A model generated the notes under the pieces. That model did not search any database. It worked only from the letters and a program-made list of their open reading frames with translations, and was not told the DNA's origin. From the NCBI GenBank assembly GCA_963693365.1, contig CAVNZM010000017.1, forward strand, positions 3,140,875-3,204,874: DNA of 64,000 nucleotides. The letters run 5' to 3'. Position 1 is the first letter of the stretch. Each line of letters starts with the position of its first letter. The translations under genes and the position numbers were made by a program. Below, in pieces: positions 28,392 through 42,226 of the stretch. Origin of the DNA: Amoebidium appalachense. Taxonomy: Eukaryota > Protista > Ichthyosporea.

Positions 28392-30662
28392 ATGGCGAGC
28401 AGAAATCTGGCGATGGCCGTCGCGGCCGCTGCAGCGCTTGCAGGCAGCGTGCAGGCAACCTGCCGCAGTGGATACACGCAGCGAGGGGACCTGTGCGAGT
28501 ACGGTTGCAGCGACCCCAGCTTGCGCAACCTGGGCTACTGCGACGGCCGACTGAACTACTACGACAACCTCTCGTGCAAGCTACGCTACTCGGAAAAGTC
28601 GGCTGATGCAGCCCCATGCGCCCAGGGCCATCCCAGCTACTACAACGACAGGGGGACGTGCTTCCGCATGTGCCAGAATGGATACAAATTCATCCCACCA
28701 AACGTATGCGAGTACCAGTGCCCCCCATCCATGTCTGAGGACAACTGCACACAGAGGCAACTCGACCTAAACTATTTGATGACTTTCTCTCCGCCCGGAA
28801 ACTATCCCGAGGTTGACGGCAACCTGTGCAACACACAGCCTGCATTCTATGGGCGGGCAAACAACAAGTGCTACAAAGTCTGCGACGGTCACTTCACGTG
28901 GATTCCATCAGAGAGCAAATGCCGCTGGGACTGTGACTGGATTTGGGCCGAAAAAGGTGTGAGCCCACTCACCCTATATATGTATACTCTTGCTTTCCCC
29001 TTCTCTGAAGGGCTCATGCACACGCACAAAATCCACACGTTTGTGCAATACACCCGTCGTCAAAATGCCTGCTGCCATGTTGTCGCATTCGTTTTGTCTT
29101 TTTTTTTGTACTGCTTGTACCTTCAAAATCGGGCTCAGAGTTTACATGTTTGCAGTTTTTACTGTTGTTTAGAAAGATATTTGCATGTTGTCAGTATGAA
29201 TGGCTTAGAGTTAATCATAGACTGTATGTGTGTGGTGGTGGTGGCACGAAGGAGGGTGAATGTATGACCACGTGGCCACGGGCAAATTTTGCACTTGCAT
29301 GCCTCCGGGCAGTACCAATCATATGCCCCAGGGCTGCAAAACACGGGTAGGGAATGATGGTTTATTATTATCTCCCTCCTCCTCCCCCCCTTCCCCCCCT
29401 CCCCCCCCCGTCCCCTTCCCCCCTTCCCCCTTCCTGTCCTTTCCACCGGGTGCCTACACACACACACACATATACACACATACACACACGCACCCACGCG
29501 CGCACGCGCACACGCACACGCACACACACACCCACACCCACACACAATTGCAAGCTGACCGTCTTCCCCGCACTACCAGCTTTGGTTGATGCCAGCTTCC
29601 ATAAGAAATCCTCAACATACCAACTGTAGAGGAACTGTCCCAATATCACGAAGAAGGGGTTGAAAGTCACTCCTGCATATGCTAATACCCTCTGCATTTT
29701 AGATTTGGCTTATTGCTGATGTACATCATGATTATGCATCCCCCCCCCCCCCCCCCCCCCCCCCTCCGAAATGCTGAAGTGAAGGAGTGTCTGAGTTGCT
29801 TTTCGAAGACGAGGTAATTATCTACCGTTGCCCAGCATGATTGCGCACTGTGTAACACATCCTAACCCCCTCCCCCCCCCCCCCCCCCCGCCTCCCCCCT
29901 CTCCCTTCGCAGGCATGTGTGCTGGCCAATTGGACCGTTACGTGCAGCTGCCCAGCGTCCCCACCATCCTGCAGGGTAAGTTTGCATGCAGTAGCTTCAA
30001 TAACAGGAAACTCATAAGCAATATGCGCCTTGTTTGCTCTGTGACCGCCGGGTTCAAGTGTTGCCAACATCTTCTTTGACAGCAATACATATATACACGA
30101 AATGTTTGTTTCATATCACACTGCAATTACGAACTTCGTTTGCTTCATACTGCGCTGCAAGCTTTTTGGTTTAGTTTATGGGGACGTGCAAAACCTGTGG
30201 CCACCCAATGCACTGGTGGGCATTGCAAAGAATTAACTTGATGTCCAAATTCTTTGCAAGTCAAATGCTCGTTTCTTCCCAAGTTCCATATGTAGTTTCA
30301 CTGTGCGCATGGTTATAAAACAAGAGCTCAACGCACCATCCAGACAAGGCCTGTACCCTTCATATTACTGTGCTTACCATCTGCCACTCAACACAGCCCC
30401 CGATATCCGCATTGTGTCTGGAAACAAGCCCGGGGATGTGAGCTCTCTTGCCAGTGGAAGCAGAAACATGATCACCGACGGGGACCTGAAGACCTGCATA
30501 GTCACCAACCAGCAGGCTGAGCCGTGGGTGGAGATCGATCTCGAGTTTGACTTTCGCGTGTCGGTGGTGCGTGTGTGGGGCAAACACGAGGATGGCACGG
30601 AGAAGTTTTGGTGCGAGTCTACACATGGCTTCCAGGTATGGTGAAAGTCACCGGCAGCCCGA

Positions 30663-30734
<72 letters not shown>

Positions 30735-31250
30735 ATGGGGGGGGGGGGGGGGGGGGGCTGAACTAAGCCTTAGTCGACAAATGGAATCGACCACAATTAT
30801 AGAAGTGTTTTCGGCCGGTACCACCACGTATGCCCTTGTCAGCACTTATGATCGAAGTGTACGGCTTCCTCCTGTGCACTTGTATCCATGCACTTTATTC
30901 ACTCATTAATTCACTCATTCGACCGTACAGTGGCATGCACACTGAATGCTCACACCTCCACCCACAGGTGTTTGTGGACAACGTGCTGTGCGGTGCCGTG
31001 CGCAACCCCGCCGGTGCCCCCAACCAGTTTGGGGAGGCCACGTGCAACGTTGTGGGCCGCCGGGTGCGCGTGGTGGTCCCTCGCTTTGTGCAGGCCGAAA
31101 TCTGTGAGGTCGAGGTCCAGGGCACTCCCACCCAGGATGCAAATGGTAAACACCCCCCCCCCCCCCCCCCCTTCCCTCCCCTCCCCACTCCAACCCAAAC
31201 CCCCACTCTCTCCCTCCCATTGTTTATGATCGCCTGTGCCCCGCCCCCCC

Positions 31251-31281
<31 letters not shown>

Positions 31282-32105
31282 CCGCGTCTCCCCCTTTGCC
31301 GCGCATAAAGTTTCACAAATGTAGTGAGAAAGGCACCGTGCAGCCTTAGCAAAGAAGTGAAAAAACGACCAAAGTTTCGCGGCGCACGTGTAAGCTAAAC
31401 CGGAATATATCACCCGCAGAGTACACGACGCTGTGGGCCAACAAGGTACTGAATCCCCAGCCCTGGTCCATCTACCCGGGCTACCCTGTGGAGAAGATCC
31501 TTGGCCGCCCAGACGCCATTGGTGGCGGCCATCAGCCGGACGTAAGATCCCCCCCTCCCCCTTCTCCCCCCACCCCCCCCCCCCCCCCCTCCCGCCCAAA
31601 AGGCAAAAAAAGAAAAACGAAAACATAAAAAACCCACCACCCACCCAGCAACCTCCCTACTCACTCTTCTTTCATTGCCTCTTTGCTTTCTTCCTACCTC
31701 CTTTATTCTGATCACTAATTGTGTTTTTGCCCCCCCAGAAAGCATGGCTGACACAGCATGCCGGTGGCCACGTGCACACCATCTACCTGTACTACCAGTG
31801 CAGCGTGGAGGTGAAGGACGTGTCCGTGTATGAGATCTGGTTCAGCAGAGCCCTCACTAAGATCGAGCTGGGGCAGGACGGTACGTGAACTTACCACAAA
31901 AAAACAGATTCCTCGTGTTCACGTGACCTTGTACCATCGTGTGTAGCGCTGCAATGGCCCGGGAAACTATACAAGCGGGGGTTATTTTGATGCTTGTGTG
32001 CAGCCTGTCGCTGGGCTTTTAAACTCGTTTGTGCTGCATATGGACATTCGTTCTCCGCTGTGACACCGCACTCTGAATCACGCACACATACACACACAGA
32101 CACAC

Positions 32106-32202
<97 letters not shown>

Positions 32203-33585
32203 AACAGTGTCACCCACCCACCCACCCCACACACACACACACAGCCCCCCCCCCCCCCCCCCCCCCAACCCACCCATCCACCCACCCACACACCCACACA
32301 CCCACCCACCCACACACACAGCCACACACAGCTGTGCAACAGCCACTGTGTGACAGACACCTCACACACATACACATTTAAAGGGAGAATTAACATGTGC
32401 AAAACAGTTAAGGTGTATTCCACCACAATTAACATGTACAGCACAATAATTACTGTGACGTGTACAAAACAATGCGGTAAGCATTGAATTAGCTTGTACA
32501 AAACATAAACGTGTGCAGCACAATGAATGTCCACAACACAAGAGTAACACGCACAACAGAGTTCACGTGCACAACACAATCAACGTGCACAGCACCGTTA
32601 ATTGAACATGTGGAAGACATTTAGCCCGTGAAACACAATTAAGTGGCAAAGCAAGCTAACCTATAATCCAACACAGAACAATTGATGTACATGTCCAAAA
32701 CATTAAAGTGTACAGTACATTAAACGTGTATGAAGCATCAACGTGTGCAACACAATTAACGTGTACAAAACAATAACCGTGCAACACGACTAACGTACAC
32801 AATACAATACAAGTGTGCAACACAATATGCACCACACGCCCGACAAGCACAACACACTAAATATTAGACATGCAATTACACACCAAAATTAATGGGTACA
32901 GCAAAATTAGCGCGTACAACACATTTGATGTGCACAAAACAATGAACCTGTTAAACAGAATTTATGCGTATCTATCTGATCATCGATGAGTCATTTTCAC
33001 AGATACCAACGGTGCTGCTGCCGTGGACAAACTGACCTACACAACGCTGTGGCAGGGAAATGCCGCCTCCGAAAACACTAACTTTGTCAACAGCCCCGCT
33101 TTGCTGACTACGGTAGGTTCTTTCCCACGAACCGTGTGCACCCAAACATTCCTTTTTGCAGGTGTAAGGAATGTTCTCTGGGTAGTAAATTCCCATCAGA
33201 GAAAGTTAGTAATTCTGTGTTTTGCTGCATGGTAGCGTATCATGTGACAAACAGGCGTCATAATAACATATGCGTGAACGTCACCAGCAGCATCCACATG
33301 CAAGTGGTCAAAGAGTCGAAACCCATTCTTTTGTGGAGGCATAGGAACCCCCGATGATGGGCTCTGTTCAAGTGTCTTCTGCCCGCACACTTTTTGTTTG
33401 TTCCATTTTTGATTTATTTGATTTTATGACACTGTGTGTTTTGCCTTCGGTTTCTCCTCCATGTTTGAAGTTCCAGGCCCTAATGCATGCATCCCCTCCT
33501 TCTCCTCCCCCCCCCCCCCCCTCCCCTCGGGCACCCGGCCATCCGCCACACAAGCAAACACACGCTCAAACACATAACCGCAGTG

Positions 33586-33658
<73 letters not shown>

Positions 33659-35682
33659 AACACACACACGCACATAAACATACACACGCACACATACACG
33701 CATGCACGCTGTGACAAGCGCGCGCACACGCGCGCGCGCGCACACACACACACACGCACACGCACACGCACACGCACACGCACACATTTCCCACCTACTC
33801 TACTGCTATTGTACATGTACTGGTACGTGTCGCACTGTAGCTCACATTGCTCTTTAACCCCGCACAGAAGGCTGTCGGTAACGTGCTCAAGCTGACGTTC
33901 CAGCCCAGCATCGGAAATGCCTACGTTGAGATCGATGCCGTCTCTATCACCGGCTTTGCACGCAAGTGCGCTGAAAATTGTATGTAATCCTTTCCCTACC
34001 ACGTATGCATACATGGCATGGCACATGTAGGAATGCTTAGGCATGATGTCGCACAGGTCTCACACATTGAGTACATTCACGCCCCTTTCTCTGGGTCTTT
34101 GTTTGGACTAAGTTACCCCTCACCCCACCCGACCCCTCTCTCCGACTTAGGAAAAAAGAAATAGCCCATCTGTCTACCCTCTTCTCATTCCAGTACTGAT
34201 TTAACCCGCTTCATCCCCTTCCTCCTTCCTTTATCATGTCCCTCCCCCCTCCCCCCCCCCCCCCCCCGCCCCTCCCCCGGCCTTTTAGATTTTGTCCTGG
34301 TGCAGAGACTAGCGATCTTGCTAGCCTTGAGATCACAACCTAACCACTGCCGATGGTTGTGATGACGCCAATAAAGGCGTGCTGGCTTTTACCCCAGCGA
34401 GAAGAGGATGAGAAAAAGATGATCCCGACGGGATTTGAACCCGCGACCCCTCTATCTCCGGTCGAGTGCTCTACCAACTGAGCTACGAGATCGGTTAAGA
34501 TCTCGCAGGCCACCAGCCGATCATGATCTGATTCATGCGATCGGACTGGATAACGATACCATCTTCCAACACGGCCCCCCCAGCTCCCCTGTATGATGCT
34601 CGCTGCTACAAGGACGTTATTATGAACAACGATCTGAATGTGCGCAAGAACATCGAGGGTCTGACGGTGGACCTGTGCCGGGCCGAGTGTGCCAAGGAGG
34701 CGTATCCCATCTTCGGCCTGCAGAAGGGCACCCAGTGGTGCGGCTACAGCTACGGCAGATACGGCCGCAGCAACGCTTGCACAGAGCAGTGCCCCGGCAA
34801 CCGCGCACAGAACTGCGGCGGCCAGAATGCCAACTACATCCACTTCACAAACCACACTGGCACTGGTATGGCATCCCTGGACCCCATACCCCTGATATGT
34901 ACAATGCCGTGGACCCCTCACTACGCTCTGGTCGATTGTGAGCTATTGTCTTGTATGCTTTCACATGTATATCAAGCTTATCATGCGAGCCTTGTCCAGG
35001 CATAACCACAGGCACCTCAGATAGTATTCCTCCATGCTTATTTTCTTGCATCCTCCAGCGCCCGTCTTGGATCGTCTCGCCTGCAACAAGCCAGCAGCAG
35101 TGAGCAGCGGTACCAATGCCAACTTTGGCAACGACTGCCAGAGCACCGACACGGGCAACCCCAACACATGCGCCACCACCAAAGCCGAAAAGGACCCCTG
35201 GTGGGAGGTGGATCTGCAGGACGCATACCAGGTCGAGACCGTTCGTGTGCAGACCGCCTCGGACATCACCGGCTTTACTGTAAGTGGGGCCTGATTGTTT
35301 TCCCCTTCAACACTTGTGCTCACTGTTTTGCTTTTGTTGGTGAAAGTCTACCGCGGTGGCCTACCCTCAGTGCATGCTACGGTCTGTCCTTTTTCAGAAC
35401 CTGCATTTTTTTTTGGTCTAATCCAGCACAAGTTATGTATGACCCTCCTTATCTTGTGCAATGTTGACCACTGACCGCTGGGATGCAATGACAGGTGGAG
35501 GTGGACGGTGTGAAGTGCGGTGGCCCGCAGCCCAACCCACCGAGAGGCCGTGCTATTAGTGTTGCCTGCCCCTCCAATGCCATTGGTCGCCGGGTGCGCA
35601 TAACCCTGCCAGGGGACCGCCAGCTGAGCATCTGCGATGTCCACGTCTTCGGGTACAAGGTGCCCCTGGGTACGTTGCTGCT

Positions 35683-35750
<68 letters not shown>

Positions 35751-38249
35751 CGGTGTGTGTTTGTACACATTCACACAAAGACATACACCATGGCCTCCTA
35801 CCACAACTACTGCTTGATTGCCTGCACGTTGACATTCATCCAACCATCTGTGGTTGGTATTTTGCGGCACCGTGCCATCATCTTACTTGCACACCACAGG
35901 TCTGGTGCGAGGCAGAGTCGACACCCGCAAGGGCACAGTGAACACGCCCGCTGCCGGTGTGACGGTGCAGCTCATTGACGGCACCGGCGCCGTCACATCA
36001 ACGGCTACCACGGCTGCAGATGGCTCGTATCTGCTCAAGGGTCCTCAGGGCAACTACACAGTGCAGGTAGGGCCTTTTCCCACTCATTCCTTAAGTATGT
36101 ATTTTCGTGTGTCACGGCTGCTGAGGGAATTCGAGGAAGAAAGGAAAAGTGTTTAGGAGACTCTGTATGTGTGTGAAAACAAAATGAAGAATGGTGGCAC
36201 CGTGTTCAGATTGCATTTCGTTTCAGAGATTTGTTATTGTATCACTGACTCTGCCTTGTGCACTGCAGGTGGTGCTTCCTGCCCAGACTGTATACGTGAA
36301 CCCCGCCACGGGCAAGGTGGTGCAGTTTGTGAAGGTCGGCACACTCACTGAGGTCAACTTTGTCATCGCCTCTAGCTTTGGTACCCCCCCCCCCCCCCCC
36401 CCCTCCCTTCCCACCCAGCCCGTTTCCCCTCTCCTTACTTCTTGCTTTTGCCGTATGCATCGCACCGCTGGCACATAATAAACCAGCCAGTTTGAAGACA
36501 CCCCATTTTCGCACTTACGATGCAAACAGCTTGAATCACAACGTTATTTAAAAACTTCATCAGAGTTGGCTATTATTGTTTAATGAAACGAACACATTGA
36601 TCGACTAAACATTGAATGAAAGAATGGAATCGATTTAGACTGGTTGCGGGAGCGTGTTGAAGATGCTGACTCATGACCCCGTCCAGGTACCGTCAACGGT
36701 GTTGTGCTGCTGGTGCAGGACGAGGTGCAGATGCCCCTCACCCGCATTCCCATCCGTGTGCTGGCACCCAACGGCCGCGACCAACCCAACGTCACAGCCG
36801 TGGTGACCGACCGCTCGGGCGCCTTCACCGTGCAGGTGCCCCTGGGCGAGAACATTATCGTGCCCGTGGTTCCTCCTCGCTATCGCCCCGTCAACGGACC
36901 TGCCGCCGTCCGTATGACCGTCCTCCCTGCCGACGTCAAAGATGTTGAATTCCAATTCTCCGCTGGCACCACTGGTGGGCCTGTCAACGGCACGGTGTGG
37001 CGCAACCGACAGGGCAAACCCTTTGGCAAGGTCATTGTGGTGCTGAAAGATGGCGACGGCAATGTTCGTGCCACAACGACCACTAACGATGATGGTACCT
37101 TCAAATTCGAAACTGTCGGTGTTGGCAGGATGTCCGTCACACCCATCGCCCCCAGCACTGGCATTGTTGCCGACTGCATGGATGGGGTGCTTAACTGTGC
37201 TGCTGACGGCGCCATCTCGTTCAACGTGCCTGAGAGCAGGCCCGTTTTGAACCTCAACCTGCAGCTCACAGACGCCCCCGACGAATGGACTGGTAGGTTG
37301 CTGCCTGTGGTTCTTTATGTTCCATGGTTTCTTCTTCACATATTAAACTGACATGGTATAGTGTCTCAATAGTTATCAGTGTGCATTGTAGGCCCAATGC
37401 ATACGTTTCACAGTCTGATGTGTTCCATGATCACCTGCAGCTGGACCCATCTCTGGCCGCGTGTACCGTGTGGACACCAACAGGCCCATCATTGGTGCCG
37501 TTGTCGTTCTAAAAGACCGTGACGATCAGGAGGTGGCTCGCTTCACCACCGGCCGTACCGGCCGCTACACGCTGCCCCTTGTGCCCGCAGGCCCGTACAC
37601 TGTCTGTGTTATGGGTGTTTTGGAGCGTGGCACGGTCATGCCTGTGCTTGAAGGCAACAGCAACCCTGACGGCTCTGTGACACTTGACCTCAAGACTACT
37701 AGCCCTGTCGTCATTGACCTCAAGTACACTGCAAACACACAAAAAGGTGGCCCCGTGAGTGGCAGCGTTTTCAAGGACCCGAACAAGAACAACAAGTTTG
37801 AGGCTGGCGAGTCCGGCATGTGCGGTATTACGGTGCGTTTGGTTAATGACAGAGGTCAAACCGTGGCTATTGCCATCACCGACGCTGGCGGCCGTTACAC
37901 CTTCCCTGCAGTGGCGCCTGCCCGCTACACCGTAACCGCTTTTGGCATTCCCGTCAGTTGCCTGCCCACGCCAGCCACCGGCAGGTCCACCGACGGATCC
38001 TTCACCCTCAACGTGGCCTCAGGCAGACCTATTGCCGTTCCCCTTGGCTACTTCGATATCAATCGTAAGCGTTTCACCCTTTCTCATGTTATTATAGGAC
38101 TTTGCCCTTGTCTTGTATTGTGTCTCCTAGCGCAAGATACAAGCTGCACCGATTACCAGCAGCCCCCCACCCCCCTCCCCCCAACACCACCACCACCACC
38201 AACACCGTGACCACCTCAGCCCTCCCCCTCTCCCCCCTCCCCTTCCTCA

Positions 38250-38320
<71 letters not shown>

Positions 38321-39590
38321 TACACAGGGGGGAGAAGCGCTGGGTGTATTTGTCTAAGATGCAATCCGGGCTGTTCGTGTTTTGGCTTACCAAGTGTGCA
38401 CAAATACAGAGACCACCCCCGTGACCCCTGGCAATCCGTCCATCGGCAGCGTGACCGTCAGCGTCGTCACCGCCGATGCCTCGCGCAAGCCCATCCCCAA
38501 TGCAAATGTGACCCTCCTGAATGCTGCAGGCGCCACTGTGGGCAGTGGCAGCACTGGCGCCACTGGCAGCACCGTCCTCATCTCGAACATCGCCACAGCG
38601 GGCAACTAGAAGGTCCGGGTCACCGTGCCCACTGGCTGGCTGGTTGGCGGCGCCAACTCTGAAGATGTGGCTGTGGTCCTCGGCAGGGACACACCCGTCA
38701 CTTTCTCGTACATCCGTGCTGCAGGCCCCATCACCATCCGTGCCAGCACACCCGCCCGTGCGCTCCCAGGTGTAAGCATCACCGTCACCGACTCTGCCGG
38801 CAAGACCTACACCAGCAACACCGATGCTGCGGGTCGCATTGTTATTCCCGCTGTTCGGCCCGGCCCTCTTCAGGTCAAGGCTACTGTGCCCAATGATGTG
38901 GATGCCGGGGAGGAGAACCCCAACGGCGTTAGCAGCCTCGACTCGGTGTCGGGCGCACCGGCTGCCCTCGAGCTGGCTTTTGTGGAGAAGGAGCAGACTT
39001 ATGACAACGGCTTTGGCGCCGACGACACAGAGCAATTTGGTAAGTAAGCATTGTTTGTATTGAGCACACAAGTTGTGCACATGTGATGATACGTGGTTGT
39101 TTGCCTCGATTCCGAGACGGCTGTGATGCATTTGCCCTTGGCCTTCCTTGATGGATGTGTAAAAAGACAACTTTGTGGCTGTACACTCAACTCTGTAATC
39201 TCTTTTGCAGAGGACTTCACCCCTGAGTGTGGTGGGCTGTGTGACATCTACGCCGACTGTATCAACAACGTGTGCAAGTGCCAGGCCGGGTACACGGGAG
39301 ACGGCAAGACCTGCAAGTCAACAAGTAAGTAGACCTCCCTCCTGCCAAAATTGCCGCTATCATGGCCCAAAGGCAAAATCATGTTGCTTGCCATATGTGT
39401 CAAGCGAGGATTTTGGTGCAGGAAGGATTTATACCCCCTTCTTCGTTATACAAGCGCATAGTGTGGGTTGGGAACTGAAACACTCTGTGTACACATAAAG
39501 CATGAACGAAAATTTTAGTGTGGTGAGAGTTCTACTTACAAAAGCTTTCCTTTAACCTAAACAGGTGGGACCGGTGGATACCAGCTTTGA
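28392..39590 (+). CDS. Large secreted mosaic adhesin/lectin-like protein (~1,495 codons, 18 exons) with one in-frame TAG
   Basis: Phase-consistent exons: 28392-28956, 29913-29975, 30397-30635, 30968-31145, 31420-31541, 31739-31880, 33003-33112, 33868-33979, 34584-34865, 35059-35279, 35495-35669, 35900-36066, 36269-36380, 36687-37292, 37441-38064, 38410-39039, 39211-39324, 39565-39590 (last exon tentative). Signal peptide MASRNLAMAVAAAAALAGSVQA; Cys-rich repeats; two F-type lectin/F5-8C-like domains (PWVEIDL...GRRVRV...ICEVEV and PWWEVDL...GRRVRI...ICDVHV); a galactose-binding-like domain (W..GRPD..AW..YE..EIDAV..TG); WSC (CYKD..LTVDLCRAEC..CPGN..CGG); several SdrD-B/Cna-B repeats; EGF (CKCQAGYTGDGKTC). 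TAG at 38607-38609. Confidence 0.8.
32380..32960. repeat. Degenerate intronic minisatellite (AATTAACGTGT(A/G)CAACAC-like units)
   Basis: Repeated aattaac(a/g)tgt(a/g)ca..aca motifs spaced ~20-25 bp apart. Confidence 0.6.
34420..34492 (-). tRNA. tRNA-like gene, anticodon GGA (nominally Ser) on a short-variable-loop body; possibly a pseudogene or SINE head
   Basis: Minus strand reads GATCTCG TA GCTC AGTTGGTA GAGC A CTCGA CC GGA GA TAGAG GGGTC GCGGG TTCAAAT CCCGT CGGGATC A. It has a full cloverleaf and A/B boxes, and a T5 run follows immediately. One anticodon-stem mismatch, and C33 instead of U33. Confidence 0.7.
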
Positions 39591-40134
39591 GCACCGTTAC
39601 GATGAAATGACTGAGACTGCCACCTGTACTATTGGTAACAAGTCTGAGAGAAATCTCTATTATAAGCACCAATCATCATATCATTAGTGTACTGTCCGTT
39701 CCAAATTATTGTTCATCAATATGAATATCCTTACATAAAATAGGCCGTCCCACTCTGAGGCGAGGCTAATAATTAAGTTATCGTCAAATGACTCATAATA
39801 TATGATAACTTGTCTCCGGCGGGCAACACAGTATGAAATATACGATACATAAATATGAATAACGGACTGGTGCAAAAACGATTAGTAAGATAAGGCTAGC
39901 CAAATTCAGCTAGTATGCCTTCGTAACGTGACTGGCATTGATGCAGTGCAACTTACTATAAATAAATGAAGGATATAACTGAATGAAGGAGGGGTACAGT
40001 AATTCACATGGCTAGCACATGTTGAGCATTCGAAGGCCGTATACGCAAACACACACACACACTGGCAGGCAGTCAACTTAAAAAACCTAAGCGAGACCAC
40101 ACACGGGACCGCGCGTGCGCACACACGCGCACCG

Positions 40135-40245
<111 letters not shown>

Positions 40246-40620
40246 CACACACACATGCACACACACATGCACACACCCACCCACAGACGTGTGAGCACAC
40301 ACTCTTGCAGACATCATCCGTGAGCCGCTCATACACAAGAATACGCAGTCAACCAATAAATTTATGCACGTTGGACCACACACATACTCACACGCGCAAG
40401 TGCACACGCAAAAACAACACAGCGTACGATTACTCATTCAAATAAAAACACTACATGGAACCCGACACACAACACGTGGCACACACATACACATACACAC
40501 ACACGTGCACACACGCATACACACACACACGGCGGCGCACCTGCACATGCATACCTGCGCACACATATACACAGTCGTGTACAGTTTGTGTCACTGTACA
40601 CACACACACACATTCCCACG

Positions 40621-40651
<31 letters not shown>

Positions 40652-40898
40652 TCACACACAGGCACACATACACAGGCACACCGTGACACACATATCATAC
40701 ACAGACGTGCACATGTGCGCACGCACACACATACACACGCACACGTGACAGTGACGTGTGTACACTGTTGCACATTTGGTTTGTGTGCACCGGGCCCGGC
40801 ACTAACACGCCTGCGGGTGCACACTGTTGGGATACGTATCGATGTGTGAAACCCTCCCCCCCCCCCCCCCCCCCTCCGTATTCCCCGAACCTATCGAG

Positions 40899-40970
<72 letters not shown>

Positions 40971-41155
40971 GTTATCTCGGACCTCTAGATCTCTGCCCTG
41001 AGCTTGTGTGTACGGATCCGCGGATGTCCGTGTAGATCTTACGCACATGGCCCTCGGGCCGACCAGGATACCAGATTTTGCTGAGCTGTTTTCTTTTCCC
41101 CATTTTCCCTCCCCCCTCTCCCCCTCCCCCCCCCAACTCCCACCCCTTCCCCGCT

Positions 41156-41262
<107 letters not shown>

Positions 41263-41946
41263 GTACCCACACATACCGGCACACACGCGCACATGCATGT
41301 AGAGGCGTGTGTTGTAACATGCATGGTTGCTGCAAATTTGCGCGAGGCAGCCGCTGTCGGTACGCTTGTGTGCACGATATGGCATTTGCCAAGGTGCGCG
41401 CACACACAAGCATACATGCCGAGTAGGCACGTATCCCAGGGCCCCGGCCCACACAAACCCTGTGGCCATTGTGCAGTAAATGTAATCACTAACCCGGATA
41501 ACCTCAAAATACAAGCACATTGTGGTGAGTGCAGCTGGTCAGGGAAGACAAGCGGTACTATGTCATGTGCACGGCCGTGTCACATGTCTGAGTAATTAGC
41601 ATGGTTCAGTAGCTCATGCATGTTTCACTATCCGTAATCCGGTGCATATGAATGGAGCAGCTTGTGCGATTTTGCATGTGGTACGTGGGCAATGCCATGT
41701 GCTTGCACATTCCATGTAACTTTTTACATGCCGTTGTTGGTATGAGTTGCTGTCTTATAACAACAACACCGTGAGACAAAAACGGCCTTTCTGTCCCCCT
41801 ATCCCGTCCCCCCCTCAGCCCCCCCCCCCCCCCCCCCCCTCCCCCCCTCCCCCCTCCCCCCCCCCCCCCCCATTCCCCCACAATTTTTTTTTTAAAAAAA
41901 AAAAAACAAAAAAAACAAAAACAAGAAAATGCGCGCCCGGCACACA

Positions 41947-41991
<45 letters not shown>

Positions 41992-41994
41992 GCA

Positions 41995-42056
<62 letters not shown>

Positions 42057-42075
42057 GTGTCACACACGCACACGC

Positions 42076-42184
<109 letters not shown>

Positions 42185-42190
42185 AACAAA

Positions 42191-42226
<36 letters not shown>

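Noticed and set aside
33961-33985. Non-canonical GC donor (GCAAGT) at 33962
   Set aside because: A canonical in-phase GTATGT donor exists at 33980, so a GC-AG intron is not needed.
38607-38609. Alternative genetic code (TAG reassigned)
   Set aside because: DBT and several island genes end in TAG at expected positions, and only one internal TAG was seen.
38247-39170. 307-aa minus-strand ORF (also 36671-37339 and 60535-61608)
   Set aside because: Antisense or alternative-frame shadows of GC-rich real exons and genes.
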